Part shown: positions 54,023 through 63,494 of the stretch, piece by piece | Numbering within the stretch: position 1 is the first letter of the stretch | Layout: every line of letters starts with the position of its first letter | Source: an uncultured Chloroflexia bacterium | GTDB taxonomy: Bacteria; Chloroflexota; Anaerolineae; CG2-30-64-16 | Length of the DNA stretch: 64,000 bases | Direction: 5' to 3' | NCBI GenBank assembly: GCA_963810095.1 | Contig: CAWEMM010000012.1 | Location: 480,001 to 544,000, forward strand | The notes under the pieces: generated by a model | The model's input: only the letters and a program-made list of their open reading frames with translations | What the model was told of the DNA's origin: nothing | Databases searched by the model: none | Translations under genes and position numbers: made by a program

Positions 54023-54736
54023 TGGCGCCGGGCTTTGTACAGCCACTCTTGCGCCGCCTTCCTCCGGAGCGCCGCGCACAGGTTCGCCGCGTGCTGCAGC
54101 CTGCCTACCTCGGCGCGCTTCGCCGCACCCGGCCGCTGAGCGAGCGATACGGATACGACCGGGGCCAGCCGGTGGACCGGTATTACATCGAGTCCTTCCT
54201 GGCATCGCACCGGTCGGATATCCGGGGTGTGGGGCTCGAGATCAAGAACGCGGGCTACCTGCGCCGGTACGATTCGGGACTGACGCGCTGTGATGTGCTG
54301 GACATCGACCCGGCCAACCCTCAAGCGACGGTGGTCGCCGACCTGGCGCGCAGCCGGTAACATCCCGGACGAGCAGTACGACTGCTTCGTCCTAACCCAG
54401 ACGCTGCAGTTTATCTACGACCTGCCAGCGGCGCTGGCCCACGCCCGGCGGATTCTGCGGCCGGGGGGCGTGCTTCTCGTCACGGTCCCTGCGGTCAGTC
54501 GGATGGACCGCGCGCTGGCCGAGGTCGATTATTGGCGCTTTACGCCCGCGGGCTGCGGGCGGCTGTTCGGCGAGGTATTTGGGGCAGACAATGTGACCGT
54601 GCAGGGATTTGGCAATGTCCTGACCGCGTCCGGCTTCCTGATGGGGCTGGCTGCGGAAGATCTGCGCCAGGATGAACTGGAACGCCACGACGAAGCTTTC
54701 CCGGTCCTGGTCGGCGTGAGGGCACAGCGGCCATGA
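54022..54736 (+). CDS. Class I SAM-dependent methyltransferase (frameshift near 54350)
   Basis: YGYDRGQPVDRYYIE, VVADL, QYDCFVLTQTL, LRPGGVLL and DYWRFT. Confidence 0.83.
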
Positions 54737-55618
54737 TCGATAACACCTCGGTCATCATTTGCTCGCGCGAGCGCCCACGCCTGCTGCTGGATACCATCCA
54801 GTCGGTCCTGGCAGGGCAACGAGCAGCCCGCGGAGATCGTGGTCGTCGACCAGAGCCGGACCGCCAACGCAGAGCTGGCGCAGGGGTGCGGAGTGGATTG
54901 CCGCTGTCAGGTACATCCACTCGGACACGACCGGCTTGAGCCGGGCGCGCAACCTGGCCATCCGCGCCGCCCGCTATGACCGGATCGTGATCATCGACGA
55001 CGACATGTTCGTCGAGCGAACGTGGCTGGAACGCCTGGTGGCCGCGTTACTGGCCGCGGGCCCGAACGCGGTCGTGACCGGCCGTGTGCTGCCCGAGGTT
55101 GGGGCGCCGGAGGGCGGGTTCGTCCCCGCGCTGGTGACGGGCGAGCGGGGCGCACGCTACCGGGGCCGCCTCGCGCGCGACGTGCTTGCGGGGGGCACAT
55201 GGCGGCCTGCCGTCAAATCCTGGACGCAGTGGGCGGGTTTGACGAGCGCTTGGGCGCGGGCTCAGGTTTTCCCGCAGCGGACGACAACGATCTCGGGTTC
55301 CGGCTGCTGAAAAACGGCTATGAGATCGTTTACGTGCCCGAGGCGGTGGTCTACCACCGGGCCTGGCGGCCGCGGAGCGAATACCTGTCGATGCGCTGGC
55401 GCTATGGGCGGGGCAAGGGCGGGTTCTATGCAAAGCACCTGGCGAGCGATGTGGGCTATATGTCGAACCGGCTGGTGCGGGATATTGGCAGGCGGGTGAT
55501 GGGATTTCCGCGGCGTGTTCTCCGCGATGCACGCGGAGCTGCGGGTGATGTGGTGTACAGCGCCGGTGTAATGAGGGGAGTGATTCAGTGGAGTCTGGGC
55601 CTGCGAAAGACACAGTAA
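54733..55618 (+). CDS. GT2 glycosyltransferase (several frameshifts)
   Basis: SVIICSRER, GLSRARN, IDDD, GGFDERLGAG and ADDND. Confidence 0.83.
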
Positions 55619-57136
55619 TTCGCAGCCATGTTTTTCGAAGCACGGCGAGCAACCTGGTCGGCCAAGCCATCATCCTTGGCACCGGCTTCTTGCTCGCGCC
55701 TTTCGTGCTGCACCGGATCGGTGCGACGGATTATGGTCTGTGGATCCTGATCAGCTCGTTGACCGGCTATGCCTCGGTACTGGAGTTTGGTATCTCGTCC
55801 GCGGTCATCAAGTATGTCGCCGAATATCGCGCCAAGGGCGAGCGTGAGGAGATGCATGCGCTGATCGGCACGGCGCTCAGCCTGTACACCGTGCTGGGCA
55901 TGTGGCGATCCTGGTCAGCGTGGGGATCGCGGCCGTGCTGCCCCACCTCATCCATGTGCCGCCCGGCCAGGAAAGCACGGCGGTCAAGCTGGTGCTGTTT
56001 GCAGGCATCGGCCTCGGCATCTCGATTCCGGCGACGATCATCGTCGGCGTGCTGCGCGGCCTGCAGCGTTTCGACCTGTTGAATGTGCTCTATGTCATTA
56101 ACACGGTGATAAACGCCCTGGTGACCATCCTGGTACTGCAGTTAGGCTGGGGGGTTGTGGGCATTGCCGCAGCCGCCATTCCGGTTACCGTCCTGACGCA
56201 GCTGCCCGGCCTTTGGCTCATCCGCCGGGCCGACCCTGAAATGCGGATCAGCTGGCGGGGGCGCGGCGCGACTTGATCCGCACCGTGACGGGATTCTCCT
56301 TCAAGCTCTTCGTCATTCAGATCGCCAAGCAGTTGCAGATGCGGACCGACGAGATCGTCATTGCCGGGGCCCTACCCATTGCCAGCATCACGCCCTATTC
56401 CTTCGGCCGCCGGCTGGGCGAGATCCCCAACCAGTTCGCAAACCAGTTCGTCCGCACTTTGATGCCGCTTGCATCGGGCCTGCACGCAGAGAGCGACTGG
56501 GGCCGGCTGCGGGGGATGTATATCGCAAGCACCCGCCTGGCGGTCGCCATTTCGGCGCCCTTGGCCGCGATTTTGACCGTTCTCGCGCCCAGCTTCTTGA
56601 CGCTGTGGATTGGACCGGAGTATGCCCGTTATTGGCCGGTCGTGCTGTTGATTTCCATGTCGAGCGTCGTCGGCATCAGCCAGTACCCGGCCGGCGCAAT
56701 GCTCCAGGGCATGGCACGGCACAACATCCTGGCCGTCACCTCGATTGCGAACGGCGCCATCAACCTTGGGCTGTCGTTGTACCTGGTGCGGCACATGGGC
56801 ATCGTCGGGGTGGCCCTCGGCACGTTCGTGCCCGCACTCCTCGAAGGTATGGTAATCATGCCCTACAGCATGCGACTGCTCAGGGTGGGTTGGGGCGACG
56901 TGCTCCGCGACGCGTTCATCCCGGCACTTGCGCCGATGCTGCCCGCGGTCGCGGTTCTCTATGCCCTGCAGGCGGCCGTACAGCCGCAGAGCTGGCTCGA
57001 ACTCGGAATCACTGCGGCGGTCGGCGGCCTGGTCTATATGATGGTGTACTTCGTTTTCCGGGCCACCACAGCCGAGCGGGAAATGGTGTGGAACATGGTG
57101 ACCCGTGCGCTGAGCTTTGCGCGTGCGCGCAGCTAG
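55588..57136 (+). CDS. Wzx-type oligosaccharide flippase (two frameshifts)
   Basis: Three consecutive hydrophobic ORFs containing IGATDYGLW, EFGISSAVIKYVAEY and GIVGVALGT. Confidence 0.85.
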
Positions 57137-57168
57137 CGACTCACGGGTCCGCGACCTCAAGGCAAAGA

Positions 57169-57220
57169 CACAAAGGCACGAAGTCCCAATCACGAACGCT
57201 TGAGACTTCGTGCCTTTGTG
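57169..57220. repeat. CACAAAG/CACGAAG palindromic repeat between convergent genes (probable terminator role)
   Basis: Perfect 17-bp inverted repeat CACAAAGGCACGAAGTC / GACTTCGTGCCTTTGTG. Confidence 0.75.
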
Positions 57221-57232
57221 GTTCCAGGCTCC

Positions 57233-59092
57233 TTACGGCACGGCGACCCGGCCCGTAATCGAGCCAAACTGGTTCGGCAGGTAATAGGACGAGCCGATGC
57301 CCTTGCGCCACGCATCCTTGGCCGCCTGGCTCGTCTCGATGCGCCAGTCCACGCCGTCAAACTGCCAGTTGAAGTACACTGCGGCGCGCATCCGGGTGTA
57401 GCGGCTGGGGATCTGGGTGCCGAGCGCGTCGGTCAGCCAGTTGGCCTTCGAGCCGCCCTGCTCTACCGAGCCGAACTCGCCGATCATCATCGGCTTGGCC
57501 GGCGCGATCTTGACGATTTCGTTGTAGGAGTAGTTGTACACCTGGTCGAAGGTCTGCCACCCCGACGAGCGATTCGAGCCCCAGTTGTAGCCGTCCAGGC
57601 AGGTCCAGTCCACGTACGAGTCACCCGGATACAGCGACGCGAACGAGGGGTTGGTGGTGTTCGGATAGTCGATATTCGGGCACCACACGTAGGAGGCGTT
57701 GTTGACGCCCACCTGGCGGAAGATGTCGACGATGTGGCGCCAGGCCTGCACGAACTGGCCGCGTTGGTTGCCGTTCTGGGTCTCCTGCCACGGATAGCCC
57801 CACGAACCGTTCATCTCGTGCATGATGCGCAGGAAGAAGGGGAAGCCCCAGTTCTTCGCGTCGGTGGCGAACTGGCGGATGTACGCATCGTGCGTCCCGT
57901 TGATGATCTTCCCCAACTGCCAGCGGCTGGCATCACCGCCTTCGGGCGTCCACGAGATCATAGGGATGGAGCCGTGTGAGCGGGCATTGTTGGGGCCACT
58001 GTTTGACCAATTGCGATAGTTGCCCGAGGAATCACCCCAGAAGTTGCCCCAGTGGACGATCGAGACGGCCTTGCCGGTCACATCGCGCTCCCAGGCCGCA
58101 AGCTTGCTGAGATCGGCCGGCACTCCCGACATGTTCACCCCCCAGTAGATCGCACTGCCGCTGGCGGGGGGTGGCGGTGGGGCGGTGGGGGTGGGCGCAG
58201 GCGCGCTGCCGTTGCTGACGGTGAAGGCGCTCGTCACCTTCGTCGTCCCCCCGCCAGCCAGATCGACTGCAGCGGTGATCGTGTGTGCACCATTCGCAAG
58301 CTGCCCCGTGTTGTAGGGCGAAGCGGCGGCTGCAGAGCCGCCCGCAAAGTCGTAGGGAGGGTTGCCCTCTGTCTGCGATGGCGTGCCGGAACCCGAGGTG
58401 TTGTCGAGATAGAAACGTACCTGGCTCGCCCCAGTTCCGGGAGTCAGAAAGACGTAAATGTCCCCCGAAACCGACTTGCCGTCAAGCGCGACGGGGTTGG
58501 CGCGATCAGCCGAATTGCTGAGCGACAACGCGTAAGCAGCGACAGGTGCGGGCGTGGCCGTTGGCACGACAGTTGGCGCCGGTTTTCGTACGGCGAAACT
58601 GGCCAGCGTGGTGGTGCTGTAAAGCGGCCGAGAGGTGGCGGGGTCGTGCATCTCCGCGCTCAAAATATATGCGCCTTCCTCAGCGGTCGGAGCGAGATGG
58701 AGCGACTCCTGGGTCTGGCTGCCCTCGCCCGGGTCGAGACACTGGCCGGCATACTCGTGGCGGAGCAGCACCTGGCCGTTCGGCGCACGAACGATCAGGA
58801 CAATGTCTACGTCGAGGTGCGCCGGGGTCTGGTTGACGAACTGCGAACCCACAGAAACATCTGCACCGGGCGCGGTCTCCGCGGGTGCGGCGCGCATCGA
58901 AATCGCCAGCGGCGAAACCACCGGCCCCGCCACGGCGGGCAGAAACAACCTGTGGCCTTGGGGGCCCGAGGGCGCCGCGCTCACGGCGACAGGGAGTGCG
59001 AGTAGACCTAACACAAGGGTTAAGACGCCGATTTTCGCGACGAAGTTCGCGCAGAGTCCAGTCTTCCAGCTAGACTTCGGTCTCGAGTGCAT
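57233..59092 (-). CDS. Secreted modular GH26 glycoside hydrolase (beta-mannanase-like) with Ig-like domains
   Basis: Signal peptide, two beta-rich modules with PT linkers, and GH26 motifs LRIMHEMNG (acid/base), YPGDSYVD and MIGEFG (nucleophile). GAGGAGG RBS. Confidence 0.88.
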   Translation of the reverse strand: MHSRPKSSWKTGLCANFVAKIGVLTLVLGLLALPVAVSAAPSGPQGHRLFLPAVAGPVVSPLAISMRAAPAETAPGADVSVGSQFVNQTPAHLDVDIVLIVRAPNGQVLLRHEYAGQCLDPGEGSQTQESLHLAPTAEEGAYILSAEMHDPATSRPLYSTTTLASFAVRKPAPTVVPTATPAPVAAYALSLSNSADRANPVALDGKSVSGDIYVFLTPGTGASQVRFYLDNTSGSGTPSQTEGNPPYDFAGGSAAAASPYNTGQLANGAHTITAAVDLAGGGTTKVTSAFTVSNGSAPAPTPTAPPPPPASGSAIYWGVNMSGVPADLSKLAAWERDVTGKAVSIVHWGNFWGDSSGNYRNWSNSGPNNARSHGSIPMISWTPEGGDASRWQLGKIINGTHDAYIRQFATDAKNWGFPFFLRIMHEMNGSWGYPWQETQNGNQRGQFVQAWRHIVDIFRQVGVNNASYVWCPNIDYPNTTNPSFASLYPGDSYVDWTCLDGYNWGSNRSSGWQTFDQVYNYSYNEIVKIAPAKPMMIGEFGSVEQGGSKANWLTDALGTQIPSRYTRMRAAVYFNWQFDGVDWRIETSQAAKDAWRKGIGSSYYLPNQFGSITGRVAVP

Positions 59093-59509
59093 CAGTTCCT
59101 CCTCTTTGGGCTCTGTGGTGAGCCGGGGGGTGCTTTCTAATTTTGATTGGTATTCACTGGCATATTCATCAAAAATTGGAGACAACTCGCACGTGTAATA
59201 AGCAAGTGGCAGAGACAAGGCGCGTGGAACGAGGGCCGGCGAACAGGCAGTCACGCCTGGTCCTGGCTCAGCCAAGAGTGGTCCGAACGCCTAGATCAAT
59301 ACGGAGACGAGTAGCAGACTGAAGCGCGCTTCGGGTAGAGACATCCTGCGCCAATAGAAGATGAGGTTCGATCCGGTCTTCGCTTGCGGTCCAAAAGGCC
59401 GGCAAGCACCCATAGGTCATGCCGTCGCAAGGGACTGAAACGTGGGATCGCTACATGCACCGGAAGAGACGAAAGGTGAAGGTCGATACAAATTGCTTTA
59501 CTTCTACAG

Positions 59510-59538
59510 ACTGTAGCACAACTTACTTCGGTGCGCAA
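59510..59538 (-). promoter_or_regulatory. Candidate sigma70 promoter about 410 nt upstream of the GH26 gene
   Basis: Minus strand TTGCGC, 17-nt spacer ending TGC, then TACAGT. Confidence 0.45.
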
Positions 59539-59660
59539 ATTCGCACGTACAACAAACGACGTAGATGACCTGCTCTGGAAACAGCATGACGTTATTCCCC
59601 GCCGCGTGCGCTATACTGTCCGTGTCGTAAATGCGTCGCCGTCATAGATGGGGGCCTCTC

Positions 59661-61289
59661 GTGGACGTCTTGCGCTCTTCCATCCACACAACCAGCCCGG
59701 ACTTCGCGGCCAACGCCGCTTTCCATCGTGCGCTGGCCGCCACCCTGCGCAACGATCTGGCCCTGATTCGCCAAGGCGGTGGCCCGAAATACCGGGAGCG
59801 CCACGAAGCGCAGGGCAAGCTCTATGTTCGAGAACGCATCGACCGGCTGCTGGATACGGGGTCGCCCTTCCTCGAGTTGTCGCCTCTCGCCGCCTGGCAA
59901 GTCTACCGGGACCCTGCCCCGGGTGCAGGCATCGTGACCGGGATTGGCCGGGTGCAAGGGCGCGAGGTGTTGGTGGTTGCCAACGATGCGACGGTCAAAG
60001 GCGGCTCCTACTATCCCCTCACGGTTAAGAAACACCTGCGCGGCCAGCAGATCGCCGAGCAAAACGGCCTCCCCTGCATCTACCTGGTCGATTCCGGCGG
60101 CGCCTACCTACCCATGCAGGACGAAGTGTTCCCGGACGAGAACCACTTCGGCCGCATCTTCTACAACCAGGCTCGCATGAGTGCCAAGGGCATCCCCCAG
60201 ATTGCCCTTGTCATGGGTTCGTGCACGGCGGGCGGCGCCTACGTGCCCGCGATGAGCGACGAAGCCATCATCGTGCGGGGGACGGGCACGATCTTCCTCG
60301 CCGGCCCACCCCTCGTAAAAGCGGCGACCGGAGAGGACGTCAGCGCCGAGGACCTGGGCGGTGCGGACGTCCACACGCGCCTGTCGGGCGTTGCAGACCA
60401 CTTTGCCGAGGACGACGAGGACGCGCTGGAGATTTGCCGCGGCATCGTCGAGACGTTGCCCCGCGCCCGCGGCCGGGGCGATACCTGGCTGGACGGGCTC
60501 GACCTGGCCCCGCCGGAAGAGCCGCTCTACCCGGCCGAGGAGTTGTACGGGGTGCTGCCGCGCACGTTCAGAGAGAGCTATGACGTGCGCGAGGTCATCG
60601 CCCGGCTGGTCGACGGCAGCCGGTTTCGGGAGTTCAAGGCCCGGTACGGGACGACCCTCGTGTGCGGCTTTGCGCGCATCCACGGCTACCCCGTCGGCAT
60701 CCTGGCGAACAATGGCATCCTTTTCAGCCAGAGCTCGCTAAAGGGCGCCCACTTCATCGAGCTGTGCCAGCAGCGCGGAGTTCCGCTGCTGTTCCTCCAA
60801 AACATCACCGGCTTCATGGTCGGCCAGGCATATGAGACGGCCGGCATCGCCAAAGACGGTGCGAAGCTGGTCCATGCGGTAGCCAACGCGTCCGTGCCCA
60901 AGCTGACCGTCGTCATCGGCGGGTCATTCGGCGCGGGCAACTACGGCATGGCCGGGCGGGCGTACAGCCCGCGCTTTCTGTGGATGTGGCCCAATGCCCG
61001 CATCAGCGTGATGGGGGGCGAACAGGCCGCGAACGTGCTGCTGACCATCAAGCAGGACCAGTTGGTGCGTGAGGGCAAGCCCCAGCTGACGGCGGATCAG
61101 GCGGAGGAGTTCAAGCGGCCGACGCTGGACAAGTACGAGCGGGAGGGGCACCCCTATTACTCGAGCGCCCGGTTGTGGGATGACGGCATCCTGGACCCGG
61201 CTGAAACCCGCACCGTCTTGGGACTGGCGCTGTCGGTCGTGCTCAACGCGTCGCGCGAAGAGGGCGGCTTCGGGGTCTTCCGCATGTAA
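59661..61289 (+). CDS. 3-methylcrotonyl-CoA carboxylase-type carboxyltransferase (beta) subunit
   Basis: [43 protein letters not shown] and C-terminal FGVFRM. Confidence 0.92.
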   Translation: MDVLRSSIHTTSPDFAANAAFHRALAATLRNDLALIRQGGGPKYRERHEAQGKLYVRERIDRLLDTGSPFLELSPLAAWQVYRDPAPGAGIVTGIGRVQGREVLVVANDATVKGGSYYPLTVKKHLRGQQIAEQNGLPCIYLVDSGGAYLPMQDEVFPDENHFGRIFYNQARMSAKGIPQIALVMGSCTAGGAYVPAMSDEAIIVRGTGTIFLAGPPLVKAATGEDVSAEDLGGADVHTRLSGVADHFAEDDEDALEICRGIVETLPRARGRGDTWLDGLDLAPPEEPLYPAEELYGVLPRTFRESYDVREVIARLVDGSRFREFKARYGTTLVCGFARIHGYPVGILANNGILFSQSSLKGAHFIELCQQRGVPLLFLQNITGFMVGQAYETAGIAKDGAKLVHAVANASVPKLTVVIGGSFGAGNYGMAGRAYSPRFLWMWPNARISVMGGEQAANVLLTIKQDQLVREGKPQLTADQAEEFKRPTLDKYEREGHPYYSSARLWDDGILDPAETRTVLGLALSVVLNASREEGGFGVFRM

Positions 61290-61300
61290 CAGTAGACGAG

Positions 61301-61353
61301 AACACAAAGACACGAAGGTCAATGTCCGTTCGTGGCTTTGTGGCTTTATGTTG
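61301..61353. repeat. CACAAAG/CACGAAG 9-mer palindromic intergenic repeat
   Basis: AACACAAAGACACGAAGG ... TTCGTGGCTTTGTGGCTTTATGTTG. Confidence 0.65.
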
Positions 61354-61372
61354 AATCTCTTCGAGGGGTAGC

Positions 61373-62889
61373 GTGTTCTCGAAAATCCTCATTGCAAATC
61401 GCGGCGAGATCGCCGTCCGGGTGATCCGGGCCTGCCGCGAACTGGGCATCTCGACCGTCGCGGTGTTCTCGGACGCGGACCGCCGCGCGCTGCACGTGCG
61501 CATGGCCGACGAAGCCGTTCCAATCGGCCCGGCACCCGCGCGCGAGTCGTACCTCGTTGGGGAGCGGATCCTCGACGCAGCCCGCCAGACGGGCAGCCAG
61601 GCCGTTCACCCGGGTTACGGCTTCCTTTCGGAGAACGCCGCCTTTTCGGATGCCGTGTCGGACGCGGGGCTGGTTTTCATCGGTCCATCAGGAGCGGCGG
61701 TGCGTGCGATGGGGGACAAGGCCGCGGCCCGGTCGCGGCATGGAGGCGGCGGGGGTGCCCGTGGTGCCCGGGTGGCAAGGCGCAGACGACGACCTGACCT
61801 TGGCGGCGAAGGCTGCCGAAATCGGCTACCCGGTGATGGTTAAGGCCGCGGCGGGCGGGGGCGGCAAGGGGATGCGGATCGTCGAGCGGGGCGCCGACCT
61901 GGCAGAGGCCGTGGGTGCCGCCCGGCGCGAGGCTCAGGCTGCATTCGGCGACGGCCGGCTGATTCTCGAGCGCTATGTCGCCCGCGGCACATCATGTCGA
62001 ATTCCAGGTGCTCGCCGACGATCACGGCAACGTCGTGCACCTCTTCGAGCGCGAGTGCTCAGTGCAGCGGCGGCACCAAAAGATCATCGAGGAGACGCCT
62101 TCGCCGCTGCTCGACGATGAGATCAGAGAGCGGATGGGTGCGGCTGCCGTGGCCGCAGCGGCCGCGGTGAATTACCGAAACGCCGGGACGATTGAGTTCA
62201 TCGTCGACCCCGACTCGCGTGCATTCTACTTCCTTGAAATGAACACCCGGCTGCAGGTCGAACACCCGATCACGGAGATGGTCGTCGGGCTCGACCTGGT
62301 CCAATGGCAAATCCGGGTTGCGGCGGGCGACGCCCTTCTCTTCCACCAGTCTGATTTGCGCCAGCGCGGGCATGCGATCGAGTGCCGCCTGTACGCGGAG
62401 GACCCTGCCAATCACTTCCTCCCCGCGACCGGCAAAATCCTACGTTTCATCGAGCCGAAGGGACCGGGCGTGCGGGTCGATACAGGCATCACCACGGGGG
62501 ACGAAGTTTCCCTGTACTACGATCCCCTGCTCGCCAAGCTGATCGTCCATGCCGAGGACCGCCCGGCCGCAATCCGCAAGATGCGTGGGGCCCTGGATGG
62601 TACGGTGCTGCTGGGCATCACGACCAACTGGCGTTTCCTGCAGGACGTGCTCGCACATCCGGCATTCGGCGCGGGCAGCGTACATACGGCCTGGATCGAC
62701 CGAGAATTCACCGAGTGGGAAGCGCCGCAGTGCGATTTGCCGCCGGAAGTGCTGGCAGCCGCCGCGCTCACCGAGGTGCAGTTGTTGCAGGCCGGCAGCG
62801 CAACGGTCGGGCCGTTGGGGGCAGAGACGGCGGGCGGCGATGCGTTCAGCCCCTGGCGCACGCCCAATCGTTTCCGCACGGGCGAATAG
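61373..62889 (+). CDS. Biotin carboxylase subunit (two frameshifts)
   Basis: [41 protein letters not shown] and [11 protein letters not shown]. Confidence 0.92.
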
Positions 62890-62916
62890 GGCCGGGCGGG
62901 AACAGGAGCAAAACGG

Positions 62917-63471
62917 ATGAAGTACCGCTACCAGGCGGGCGAGGGCGAGAGTGCCGTCACCTACGAAGTGCTGCTCGAGAGACACGGCGACGGGTATCGC
63001 ACGACCGTAAACGGCGAGACTTATGAGCTCGAAGTGCTCGACGCGCAGCCCGGCGCGCTTACCCTCCGCTTCCGCCGGACCGGGCAGCCGGAAGGCGACG
63101 CCGGGGACTCGCAGGACGCCATTCGGCCCCAGGTTGTCTACTGGGGCGCGGAGGGCGACGTCAAGTGGTTCTCGTCCGGGGGCTGCACCTACCGGCTCGA
63201 ACGGCCGCGGGAACGCGCCAGACAGGGCCGCCGCGGCGCATCTGGAGGTGGGGCGGCCGAGGACATCCTGACCGCGCCCATGCCCAGCCAGGTGCGCGCC
63301 GTGCAGGCAGCCGAAGGTGATGTGGTGGAGGCCGGCCAGACGCTGCTGCTACTCGAAGCCATGAAGATGGAGATCAAGCTCAGCAGCCCACGGGAGGCGA
63401 CAGTCCGCCGCGTCCTGGTGAAACAAGGCGACACGGTCGAACGCGACCAGGTGCTGGTGGAGCTCGCGTAA
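62917..63471 (+). CDS. Biotin carboxyl carrier protein with N-terminal BT-like domain
   Basis: APMP and the biotinylation motif EAMKME; has its own AGGAG RBS. Confidence 0.9.
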   Translation: MKYRYQAGEGESAVTYEVLLERHGDGYRTTVNGETYELEVLDAQPGALTLRFRRTGQPEGDAGDSQDAIRPQVVYWGAEGDVKWFSSGGCTYRLERPRERARQGRRGASGGGAAEDILTAPMPSQVRAVQAAEGDVVEAGQTLLLLEAMKMEIKLSSPREATVRRVLVKQGDTVERDQVLVELA

Positions 63472-63494
63472 GGGCGGTCAGGGGAGGGAAACGT

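Noticed and set aside
1390-56280. Programmed frameshifting or selenocysteine recoding at the gene breaks
   Set aside because: The breaks have no consistent slippery sequence or SECIS-like hairpin and occur across unrelated genes; sequencing error is the simpler explanation.
39272-57230. Glycan operon as a recently inserted mobile island
   Set aside because: No integrase, transposase, tRNA target or flanking direct repeat is seen, and only the promoter regions look AT-rich.
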